Assembly (NCBI GenBank): GCA_947492575.1
Contig: CANLNK010000002.1
Coordinates: 127,304-159,303, forward strand
Length of the DNA stretch: 32,000 bases
Source: an uncultured Thalassotalea sp.
Lineage (GTDB): Bacteria > Pseudomonadota > Gammaproteobacteria > Enterobacterales > Alteromonadaceae
Reading direction: 5' to 3'
Below the pieces are notes generated by a model, which made no database searches, was not told the DNA's origin, and saw only the letters and a list, made by a program, of their open reading frames with translations. The first letter of the stretch is position 1; the number at the start of each line of letters is the position of its first letter. Made by a program: the position numbers and the translations under genes. This document shows, in pieces, positions 1 to 8,471 of this stretch.

Positions 1-120
1 TAATGCTTGTTGAACTATAGGGTAACATGTCACGTCTTTTGATTGTCTTTCAATTGAGTGCTTTGCTACTTGATAAACGACATCTTGATAAGACGTATAA
101 CCTACAAATACTTTTCTCAT
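1..120 (-). CDS. 5' end (first 40 codons) of an unidentified ORF running off the window edge
   Basis: Not in the supplied track. Hand translation of the minus strand from the ATG at 120..118 gives MRKVFVGYTSYQDVVYQVAKHSIERQSKDVTCYPIVQQAL with no stop down to base 1. An AAAGAG purine patch sits 8 nt upstream of the ATG. It is on the same strand as the rest of the cluster. Function cannot be recognised from 40 aa. Confidence 0.3.
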   Translation of the reverse strand, partial: MRKVFVGYTSYQDVVYQVAKHSIERQSKDVTCYPIVQQAL

Positions 121-267
121 TATTAATACTCTTTAATTTCCTTTTACACCGTTGTTATGTGTATTCGTTGCAATTTCAGCATGATTTTAAAAGCACGCCC
201 ACAGCACTAACTTAATTTGGATCAATACTTACGCTAACAATTTTGATTAATCCACTTCAACTAGTTG

Positions 268-933
268 CTATAAATGAAATCGTGCCATTTTCTGGTTTCT
301 TGGATGTTCCCAATCACCTATGATGTCAACTTTAAAACCAACACATGAAGCCATGTACTTAATTTCTTCAATCGAATAGTGAAATGGATCTTTATCAAAA
401 TATGTTTTTTTCTTTCCTGGATGCTGCACAATTACCTCAGTACAAACGGAAGTTGGAGCTTCAAAGAAAGTACTAAAATAACTTCCTCCAGGTTGTAAGC
501 ACTGCTTAGCATTTTTGAGGCATCTCAGTATCATATTCATCGGTAGATGCGTAAATAAAGAAACAGATAGCATGTAGTTAAATTGCTCTTCAAACAAACT
601 AAACTCAAAGCAATCGTTTACTAGTAAAGAGGGAAGTTTGTGCGTTAAACTTGCACTATCCAACTCTAGCTTTCCTGCATTAATTAATGAAGCATTAATA
701 TCTATTCCAAAGTAGTTTCCTTGTTCCAAGTAATCAACAAAATGGAGCCCACCTCTTAAACATCCGCATGCAATATCTAATAACTTATGGTTTGGTTGCA
801 AACCTTGTTTAATAAGGAATTCTATTTGCAATTGACCGATTTCATCCCACATTCCACCAACAAAATTACGATGCTCGTTTTCCTTGATTTCCGAACTTGA
901 TAATTGACGATGGTATGCATTTATATTTTTCAT
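268..933 (-). CDS. class I SAM-dependent methyltransferase (substrate unknown, probably glycan tailoring)
   Basis: 221-aa ORF with an ATG start. It has the SAM-binding motif I pattern LLDIACGCLRGG and a downstream LQPGGSYF segment, both typical of Methyltransf_11/12-like enzymes. It lies at the distal end of the glycan locus. Confidence 0.8.
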   Translation of the reverse strand: MKNINAYHRQLSSSEIKENEHRNFVGGMWDEIGQLQIEFLIKQGLQPNHKLLDIACGCLRGGLHFVDYLEQGNYFGIDINASLINAGKLELDSASLTHKLPSLLVNDCFEFSLFEEQFNYMLSVSLFTHLPMNMILRCLKNAKQCLQPGGSYFSTFFEAPTSVCTEVIVQHPGKKKTYFDKDPFHYSIEEIKYMASCVGFKVDIIGDWEHPRNQKMARFHL

Positions 934-1060
934 GAAATTCCTTAAAAATAAGCCACTCTATACGCTTCAATAAAAATGGTTGTTAGTTCAAGAGGCTAAA
1001 TACTTAGTTCTTCAGAGAGTACAAATAAATTCGTTAATTGACCGCAAGCTAAGACATTAT

Positions 1061-1690
1061 TTAAGCGTTTTTCAAGTATTGTGGATCACCATTTTTAATG
1101 ATACTTACAATTTCTTGAGTCTTAGCCGCTGATAACTCAACCCCACAAAATTTAGCTATTTCACGTACAGTATATTCTGGGTGAGTCAACGACTTTTCAT
1201 AAGAAAGCGACAATATAGGACATTCTAGCTCAGACATTACACTCAACATTCTTTTATAAGCATTAATAGAATTGTGTAATGACTCTTCGATATCAGCCTC
1301 AACAGAAATATTGTTTCGTAGCGATATTGCTAGAATATCTCTATACAATATGATCACGCGCGGGTTTCTCATCGAATGAATAACGTTCTTGATTGAGCCT
1401 CTCAACGCGGGGCATTTGTAACCCCACTTATCCCATTGAGCATTCCGTTTTTCACAGATATTAGAAAAACCTTCAAAATCTTTACTTTTTAGTAACAACT
1501 GGATTTCTTTATCTTCGTTAGTCCTAGGGGTTAGCTTTTCCCCCATCGGAATATCTAAAGCTGACAAAATTCGAGACGCCATAGTAGTACCAGACCTACC
1601 TAAACCAGTCACAGCTATAGTACTTTGCTTTTGACAAACGTCCTCATTCTTTAACCAAACTCCATTATTAATCAATTTTTTCACCTTCAA
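1061..1690 (-). CDS. sulfotransferase family protein (PAPS-dependent type)
   Basis: 209-aa ORF. VTGLGRSGTTMASRIL matches the phosphosulfate-binding loop pattern (G-x-x-R-S-G-T-T) of sulfotransferases. The track start is TTG and there is no in-frame ATG before this loop, so the exact start is uncertain (an AAGGTG patch precedes an internal TTG). Confidence 0.7.
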   Translation of the reverse strand: MKVKKLINNGVWLKNEDVCQKQSTIAVTGLGRSGTTMASRILSALDIPMGEKLTPRTNEDKEIQLLLKSKDFEGFSNICEKRNAQWDKWGYKCPALRGSIKNVIHSMRNPRVIILYRDILAISLRNNISVEADIEESLHNSINAYKRMLSVMSELECPILSLSYEKSLTHPEYTVREIAKFCGVELSAAKTQEIVSIIKNGDPQYLKNA

Positions 1691-1739
1691 CTTTGAAATT
1701 TATACAATTAAGCTCTACTACTGCCAATAATCAAGGCAC

Positions 1740-2819
1740 CTATCTGTCTAAAAGCTCTTCATCACACTCGACTTCAACTAACTCTCTAGCCGCCTTAATT
1801 GCGCCATCTTCTATATCAATTTCAACCTCACCTTTTGAGCATATTTCATGGTGATTTAGATCTAAAGTAGTCGCGTGCTTCAAAAATAATCTCATCACGT
1901 GACTAACCCCCTCTTCGACTACATTACGTAGATCATCTGCATAGTAAGACCCACGATTGTAGTTTCCAGTAATAATTTCATATGACGGAAAATAATGAAT
2001 ATTTGAATTTTTCTTGGATACAGTATCAGCTGCTACGCGTAAAACCGACTTAGAATAGGTTGTAGCACATAACACATGCGTTTCTTGCTCTGCTGTTGCC
2101 ATCAAAGGAACTGGAGAAACCGTAAGAATAATTTTAGCGTTAGGATTTACATCTAACAGTAAAATATTAAATTCATTTAAATCGTCAATTACATCCGTGA
2201 CTGTCTGGTTATAAAATTCAAATTTAGCTTCATCGAACTCCCCACCTTCTACACCAGGGCATAAAGGAAATACCGCACCATCCCTTTTATCTTTCCAACA
2301 CTCTGTTAAGCCCAGTGTAAATACAAACACATCTAAATTCATAAACATTTCTTTCACGAAACGTAAATGCTGCTGCTGTTCAAAGTACAGTTCTTCTTCA
2401 GAAATAAACCCACCTGGTTGAATATTAGGTCTGAAAGGGTCTCTAAAGCTGCCATCGCTGTGCAACCAAACTTGTTCACAAGGTTTAAACATACTAAACG
2501 CTCGTTTAAATAGTTGGAGCAATTGTCTTGATGTATACAAATTACCGTATCTAGCTGAAAAAGTCCCATAGTTAAACTCTTTCTGAACTGCTGCTGGCAA
2601 TAGAGGGTGTGCTTCTTCTGCAACGTAATAATTAAAACCTGAACTTTGTAAATGACGGGCAATGTGCTGGGCAAAGCAACTGCCTGCTGTTGCTACTTTT
2701 GTTTCCTTTTCTATCTGTAAACCAAAGCATCCAACTGGATCTACTTGCTCAGTCTGTAAAGAGGAAATCGATTTGCGCCAAAAGGCTTTGGGCGGCAACT
2801 TTTTATACGGGTGGCTCAT
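1740..2819 (-). CDS. GSCFA-family protein (SGNH-related, function unknown)
   Basis: 359-aa ORF with an ATG start. It contains the family's eponymous motif (TAGSCFAQHIARHL) near the N-terminus. The nested 106-aa ORF at 2354..2674 is an alternative-frame shadow. Confidence 0.7.
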   Translation of the reverse strand: MSHPYKKLPPKAFWRKSISSLQTEQVDPVGCFGLQIEKETKVATAGSCFAQHIARHLQSSGFNYYVAEEAHPLLPAAVQKEFNYGTFSARYGNLYTSRQLLQLFKRAFSMFKPCEQVWLHSDGSFRDPFRPNIQPGGFISEEELYFEQQQHLRFVKEMFMNLDVFVFTLGLTECWKDKRDGAVFPLCPGVEGGEFDEAKFEFYNQTVTDVIDDLNEFNILLLDVNPNAKIILTVSPVPLMATAEQETHVLCATTYSKSVLRVAADTVSKKNSNIHYFPSYEIITGNYNRGSYYADDLRNVVEEGVSHVMRLFLKHATTLDLNHHEICSKGEVEIDIEDGAIKAARELVEVECDEELLDR

Positions 2820-2824
2820 AGTGC

Positions 2825-3538
2825 TTACCTTAAACCTCTAATTTTTGATATTACTCGATGACCATAAAGGTGGTTAGCGTGTGTGGCATCTTTGTTATAG
2901 AACTCTTGCCTCAAAAAGCCCTTATCTGTAATTGTTTCCGTAGGTGGGTTTACAAAAGTCACCCCCCACTCTTCACAAAGCTCTTCTAATGCTTCCATCT
3001 CTGCTCGCCAAATGTTCAATCTTGTAAGAGGAGCGTTTAATGTCTGCTCCGTAACTATATTGTTTCTATATTTACTTGTTTGATCAGCTATAAACCCATT
3101 ACATTCCTTAGGTGGAGGGGTAGCTAAGTGATACAGTCGGCATTTGACAGCTTTTCGAATGGATGAAATGGTTTTGTTTTTTTTCATCTGCTCTTTAAAA
3201 ATCTGTTTCATAGCTGCGTAAGGAAGCACTAAAGCCTCGTTATCAGGAAGTATTTGGCTTTGTCTAGAAAATAAAGTGTAAGGCATACTATGTCTTACCA
3301 ATCCCAATATATTATGACCTGTCCCCAATATAGAGATTACAACCATGTCATTTGAGTTCAATTGAGAAGCTTTTTTCTGGAAATCTTCTAACGATAAATT
3401 ACCAGTCGTTTTTCCTTTTTTTTCAACTTTAATCCAACGTATTTCAATTGGACTTTCATCACAATAATTATCATCCTCAAGCGCTAGCTTCAAAGACTTA
3501 GTATGGCTATCACCAAAAATTAATATTTTTGTACCCAT
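2825..3538 (-). CDS. SGNH/GDSL-type hydrolase or acyl-esterase
   Basis: 237-aa ORF whose ATG overlaps the upstream stop (TAATG). It has N-terminal KILIFGDSHTKS (block I G-D-S) and C-terminal DATHAN (block V D-x-x-H). Confidence 0.6.
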   Translation of the reverse strand: MGTKILIFGDSHTKSLKLALEDDNYCDESPIEIRWIKVEKKGKTTGNLSLEDFQKKASQLNSNDMVVISILGTGHNILGLVRHSMPYTLFSRQSQILPDNEALVLPYAAMKQIFKEQMKKNKTISSIRKAVKCRLYHLATPPPKECNGFIADQTSKYRNNIVTEQTLNAPLTRLNIWRAEMEALEELCEEWGVTFVNPPTETITDKGFLRQEFYNKDATHANHLYGHRVISKIRGLR

Positions 3539-4677
3539 TATTGCCCCATCAACCCTTTTTCTTTAAGTTCGGCGTTTGCTTTATCTAACTTGTCCTCTGG
3601 CAACGGCTGGGTATTTACCCAATCAACGAATCTAGTCAACCCTTGCATTAAAGACACCTGAGGCTCATAACCCAATAAGTTTCTTAGTTTATTAATATCC
3701 GCTCGATTATGACGAATATCGCCGAGACGGTATTGCCCAGTCACTTTTATATCTGGATCTTTACCAAACGCCTCTGTAAGCTTAGAAGCAATATCAACGA
3801 CTGTGGTCAACTCACCCGTCCCCACATTAATCACTGTATTTGGCGCATTTTCTGCGGTTAAGGCCGCTAAGAAGGCATTGGCGACATCTTCAACATGCAC
3901 AAAGTCTCTCGTTTCTTCGCCATCCTCAAAAATAGGAAGTTGTAAGTCACGTCGAATTCGAGTTGAAAAGATAGACAAAATACCCGTATATGGATTATTT
4001 AGAGACTGCCCTTCACCATACACGTTTTGCAGTCTCAGAATACCGTAACCTATACCGAGAGACTCACAACAAATAGAAATTAGATCTTCTTGCGCATATT
4101 TTGTTGATGCGTAAATTGAAGCTGGCTGAATATTGTCACTTTCTCTAGTTGGCACGGATGTTAGCGTATGGCCACACACATTGCAGGGTGCTGTCCACTG
4201 TTGGTTGGCTAACTGTTCTGGTTTGCGAGCAGTCGGATAGTGTCTAACTTCATCGTTACACACTTCACAAATATACGCACCCTCGCCGTATACAGAACGA
4301 CTTGAAGCTAACAAAACTCTCTTAAGCTTCAGCTTTTTATTGGTTATGATATCTAGTATTAGGGCGGTCGCTTGAGTATTAACTTCATTGTACTTTTCAA
4401 TTTCATACATTGATTGACCAGTACCTGTTTCAGCCGCTAAATGAATAAGACTGTCACATTCAGACAAGCATGATTCAAGAACTCCTCTATCTGTCACACT
4501 TCCATGAACAAAGTTAATACCACACTCTTCAACCCAGCTTGGCGTTTTGGGAGTGTCACCATGTATCTGTGGGGAAAGGTTATCTAATATTGTGACACTA
4601 TAATTATTTGCTACTAATAAAGGGCACAAGTGGCTACCAATAAAACCTGCACCACCCGTAACTAATATTCTATTCAT
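3538..4677 (-). CDS. NAD-dependent sugar epimerase/dehydratase (extended SDR) with a Cys4 insertion
   Basis: 379-aa ORF. It has the Rossmann motif VTGGAGFIGSHL and the catalytic Y-x-x-x-K in IYASTKYAQE. An insertion carries C137-x2-C140 and C165-x2-C168. The exact reaction cannot be assigned. Confidence 0.85.
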   Translation of the reverse strand: MNRILVTGGAGFIGSHLCPLLVANNYSVTILDNLSPQIHGDTPKTPSWVEECGINFVHGSVTDRGVLESCLSECDSLIHLAAETGTGQSMYEIEKYNEVNTQATALILDIITNKKLKLKRVLLASSRSVYGEGAYICEVCNDEVRHYPTARKPEQLANQQWTAPCNVCGHTLTSVPTRESDNIQPASIYASTKYAQEDLISICCESLGIGYGILRLQNVYGEGQSLNNPYTGILSIFSTRIRRDLQLPIFEDGEETRDFVHVEDVANAFLAALTAENAPNTVINVGTGELTTVVDIASKLTEAFGKDPDIKVTGQYRLGDIRHNRADINKLRNLLGYEPQVSLMQGLTRFVDWVNTQPLPEDKLDKANAELKEKGLMGQ

Positions 4678-4744
4678 TGTAAATTACTTCCATTTATAAT
4701 TTCGGGAATTCTCGCTAGTACCATTTTTTATCAAACGATTTCTA

Positions 4745-6958
4745 TTACTCATCTATCCCAACTCTATAGTTATCTGCTTTATTGAGCATACCTAAAACTT
4801 GTTGTTCTAGCTTTTTTAGAGAATATGTATGCTGCAATTTCATTTGCGCATTTTTAACCATATCAAATCGCGCTTTAGGGTTTTCAATTAAGTGACTTAA
4901 ATGTTCAAGCCACTCTTGCGTAGAAGAGGCTAATAGACCACAGTCGTCACTGCAACATTCGTCATAAACGGTGCCTTTAGATGCCACTACTGCCGCACCT
5001 ACCGATGAATACTCGACCCACTTAGTATTGGCTTTCATCATATTGAAATGGATAGGGGTAAGCGGGCAAATTCCGATGTCCCAGTTGCGCTTGCTAAACT
5101 CCTGTAAGAAATTATTGTAATTCTTTACGGGGGGACTCACGTTAACACGAGTACTGTATACCTTCAGCTTTTCAGGTACTGGAATAGAGCCAAAAAACTC
5201 AACTTCTACGTCAGGATACTTCGCTAAAATATCTATTAGCGCTGGCAGTACGACATCTAAGTTATGTGCGTGATCAGCGCTGGCCATGTAACCAATTTTT
5301 TGTGTCGGCTTGTCTTCTGCTAGCTTAATTAAACTGCCTGAACAATAAATGTCTCCATTTTCAACCGGAGACTTTACACCTAATTCAGTTAAACGGGCTT
5401 TTAACTTAACGGTTGAGCAATAAACGAGATCGGTATTATTCAACAGATAATACACAGAGCTAAGCCTATCTTGCTGATTATGGTGTCTGTATTTTTTCTC
5501 GCCTATGTCTTTAGGAATAGTCAATAAATCATCATCAATATGATAAATAGTGGTAACATTATTTCTCTTCGCCCAATTAACCACGTTAAAATACTGAGGT
5601 CCGCTGTAACGGCAAAAGACTATGGTAGTCGGCTGAAACGAATTGAGTCGTCTTTCAAGCCAATATGTGACGTCAGCCTCTTCCAAGTTGACACCAAATT
5701 GCTCTCTTAAATGTACTTCTGAAATAAATTCAAAGTCGATGTCATTGTTACTTTTCAAGTTAGCCAAAGGCTTAATAAAGCTCAGCTGTAAAGTGGGCAC
5801 ATAATCGTTAGCAATAAAGACCACTTTGGGTTTAATGGCCGCCCCTTTTGATAAGTCGGTTTGTAAACCCTGAACATTGGTGTTGTTTTGAAAAGAAGAA
5901 AACAGTCGCACAAACCCACTATGGACTTGGCTAGCTTGATGAGGCATATCTAATTCAGATAAGAATTCATTTTGCCTCTCTATAAAGTACTCAGGCTCTT
6001 TATTTGCTCTGTCAGCAAAGGCTAACCAGTCCTCTACTGAGCTTATCGCAGTTAACCCTGAGTAATTATCTGCATCCATCAAACTACCACTATCGCGCCA
6101 TACTGCCGTGGGTATACCTGCCAATACCATATCGATTAATACTGAAGATGGTGCTGAAATACCATAACTATATTGACGCAAATCCAGCTTATACATGGGC
6201 TGATTATTAAGTTCAACATTATTGGGCAACATGACGTTATTTTTCACTACATATTGGCCGCCAGGGTGTGGACGTAGCGTGACTTGTTGTCCGTTACTCT
6301 CCTGTCGTCTGCAAAAGTCAGTAAAAGTATCAATAAATGACATCTTAAAGTCACCCGATGCACTTAGCCTAACCGAGTGTAAATTCTCGCAAACTAAGCC
6401 TCGCCCAAGCTTATTGACTGGTTGAACATTGGGTATTTGCAATACTTGAGATGGACCAGTTACCAACAGCTTATGTCGCTGAGACGGCAATAGAGAACTC
6501 ATATGTTTAGTGTCGTACCAGCCACATACTATATCTGCCCCAAAGCTAACATTAGTACCATGCGCCTTGTCGTGTTCACGGCTTTGTCGGAATCCAACAC
6601 ATTCAAAACCGTGTTGCAATGTCACGCGGGTAAAGTTTTTCGGAGCACACAAAAATAACTGATGAGTTGGAGAATGCGCACCTAAGTTTGATTCACTACC
6701 AGCAATCAAAAAGCCATGTTTATTGTTCAATACTTGCACAGCTTGGTAGCTCTTTTCAAATCGGTACACTAAGCTCTGGGTTTGTTGTGCTATTTGATAA
6801 ATTTCTCTCAGCCAGAGGCCTGATTTATCACGTTCAACAAATTTAGCCGTTACAAGAAATTCAGTATTAAAACCTAAGTCCTTAGACGCCAAAAAGACTA
6901 AAGGTCTAAGAACATTCACATCCTGTAATAAATTAATAATAAAAATAGCCGATTTCAT
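4745..6958 (-). CDS. two-domain putative glycosyl/phosphoglycosyl transferase (both halves GT-B-like)
   Basis: 737-aa ORF. The N-terminal half has TLQHGFECVGF (aa 112-122) and LLVTGPSQ (aa 164-171). By eye these resemble the WHG ... G-Y-P-R pair of TagF-type transferases. The C-terminal half (from about aa 375) has a GT1/GT4-like layout (IGYMASADHAHNLDVVLPALIDILAKYPDVEVEFFG ... KWVEYSSVGAAVVAS). This is a fold-level call only. Confidence 0.5.
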   Translation of the reverse strand: MKSAIFIINLLQDVNVLRPLVFLASKDLGFNTEFLVTAKFVERDKSGLWLREIYQIAQQTQSLVYRFEKSYQAVQVLNNKHGFLIAGSESNLGAHSPTHQLFLCAPKNFTRVTLQHGFECVGFRQSREHDKAHGTNVSFGADIVCGWYDTKHMSSLLPSQRHKLLVTGPSQVLQIPNVQPVNKLGRGLVCENLHSVRLSASGDFKMSFIDTFTDFCRRQESNGQQVTLRPHPGGQYVVKNNVMLPNNVELNNQPMYKLDLRQYSYGISAPSSVLIDMVLAGIPTAVWRDSGSLMDADNYSGLTAISSVEDWLAFADRANKEPEYFIERQNEFLSELDMPHQASQVHSGFVRLFSSFQNNTNVQGLQTDLSKGAAIKPKVVFIANDYVPTLQLSFIKPLANLKSNNDIDFEFISEVHLREQFGVNLEEADVTYWLERRLNSFQPTTIVFCRYSGPQYFNVVNWAKRNNVTTIYHIDDDLLTIPKDIGEKKYRHHNQQDRLSSVYYLLNNTDLVYCSTVKLKARLTELGVKSPVENGDIYCSGSLIKLAEDKPTQKIGYMASADHAHNLDVVLPALIDILAKYPDVEVEFFGSIPVPEKLKVYSTRVNVSPPVKNYNNFLQEFSKRNWDIGICPLTPIHFNMMKANTKWVEYSSVGAAVVASKGTVYDECCSDDCGLLASSTQEWLEHLSHLIENPKARFDMVKNAQMKLQHTYSLKKLEQQVLGMLNKADNYRVGIDE

Positions 6959-6974
6959 TAATTTCTCTTTGATT

Positions 6975-8471
6975 TTAATTCTTTATCCAAAAGGCCGATT
7001 TAGATTGCTCAGACAAAATGACATTCATTTCAGGAAAATAATCGGTCAAGTAACAATTAAGCCAATGCATTATCTGGTTGTAGCAAGACAGCTGCACAAG
7101 CTTAGTAGAGTCAGTCCAGCCACTAAAATGAATAAATGAGTGCTCAATTCTAGTAAGGGGTGGCAACGCGTAATAGACACGATGAATTTTTTTACCAACC
7201 TTCACTGCTCTCGACCGAACTGAATCTGATAGCTTTAATAAAGTTTTTTCGCATACATGGCATTCAAATTGCTGTTTTTCCTCTGACCACTCAAAACGAA
7301 TATCAAAATTAAGCTTGTGTCGACAAAACGGACTAGCAACAGACAAGCCCCCTAACTTTTGAACTAACTTGTGGTTTGCTGGTGACGAGTCCATTCCATG
7401 TACCAGGATCGTACTTTGGCTATTCATTTTGTTATTTTCAGCTAGGGTTACTTTATTCAATTGCTCGATAAAGCTCTCAGCTTCTTGCTCTATACTTGCA
7501 AACTGGTTTAGCACATTAATCAGGCCCTCAACTGTGTCTGCTGACATATTGAAATCAGCATTGTATACATCAGCCGACCACTCATGTGGGGTGCGGTATA
7601 TATAGTCATTAAATGGTTGATAAAGAGGAAAGCCCAATGACAATACTTGGCAACCATGCGACAGTGCTGTAACGACTCTATTAAGCGACTTTACTATACT
7701 AAAATTTTGCGCATTGACTGGCAGTAAGCACAATAAAGACTGCTTTAACAGCTCTTTTTCTTTTGTTTCAGACCACTCTTCAATAGTAAATTCAAAAGGC
7801 AGTAACCTAAGTAACGCCAGATTAGCTTCAGTTAACGCTCTTTGGTTTGTCAAAATAGTGAAATCTAACTGGTAACCGTCTACTGCTAATTGATTTAACT
7901 GATTACCTTGAGCTACTAGGTCTTGCAGACCTACTTCAAAATTAGGATTGTCCCCCATACCAAACCAACACGCTTTGATAACTCGAGTGTGATTCAATAC
8001 CGATAGTTTCGCATTTAGCAAATGGGTGATACTTTCTTTATCGATCTCACTTGCCGGATCATTCAATACATGCACAGTGGTTTTCCCTGCATATATTTTG
8101 GCCACTTCGGCCATCCCTTCGGTAGAACACAAAAACATATCGGTATATAGAGATATTTGCTTTAGCCAAAGTCTCAACCGCGCTAGGCGACTATCTTGAC
8201 TCTGAGTGAAATAATCGTCAAATAAGTCAACAATTACCTTTTTGTGTCCATGGAGAGCTTGCGCAATTAAATGGGCCCTGGCGTCATAACATTTACTGAT
8301 GATATAGGCATCGTAATTAGTAAGCTCAGCACGAGAGGTGAACTCTTCAATCGGCTTTAATTCAATCACTACGCCTTTATCATACAAATATTCAGCCAAA
8401 CGCTGGTAACGTATTCTTACCCCAGCCTGCTTAAGGTAAGCAGTTGTAGGCACTATGACACACATTCTCAT
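6975..8471 (-). CDS. hypothetical protein, possibly a GT-B-like transferase paralogous to the neighbour's C-terminal half
   Basis: 498-aa ORF whose ATG overlaps the stop of the 1386-aa gene (TAATG). It has no canonical motif. By eye, KKVIVDLFDDYF...LYTDMFLCSTEGM parallels TTIYHIDDDLL...NNTDLVYCSTVKL in the 737-aa protein. Confidence 0.35.
   Translation of the reverse strand: MRMCVIVPTTAYLKQAGVRIRYQRLAEYLYDKGVVIELKPIEEFTSRAELTNYDAYIISKCYDARAHLIAQALHGHKKVIVDLFDDYFTQSQDSRLARLRLWLKQISLYTDMFLCSTEGMAEVAKIYAGKTTVHVLNDPASEIDKESITHLLNAKLSVLNHTRVIKACWFGMGDNPNFEVGLQDLVAQGNQLNQLAVDGYQLDFTILTNQRALTEANLALLRLLPFEFTIEEWSETKEKELLKQSLLCLLPVNAQNFSIVKSLNRVVTALSHGCQVLSLGFPLYQPFNDYIYRTPHEWSADVYNADFNMSADTVEGLINVLNQFASIEQEAESFIEQLNKVTLAENNKMNSQSTILVHGMDSSPANHKLVQKLGGLSVASPFCRHKLNFDIRFEWSEEKQQFECHVCEKTLLKLSDSVRSRAVKVGKKIHRVYYALPPLTRIEHSFIHFSGWTDSTKLVQLSCYNQIMHWLNCYLTDYFPEMNVILSEQSKSAFWIKN

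Noticed and set aside
27-215. 62-aa plus-strand ORF from the track
   Set aside because: It has a low-complexity Leu/Phe-rich translation, no RBS and no recognisable motif. It is antisense to a better-supported minus-strand ORF start (ATG at 120 with an upstream purine patch). I treat it as spurious.
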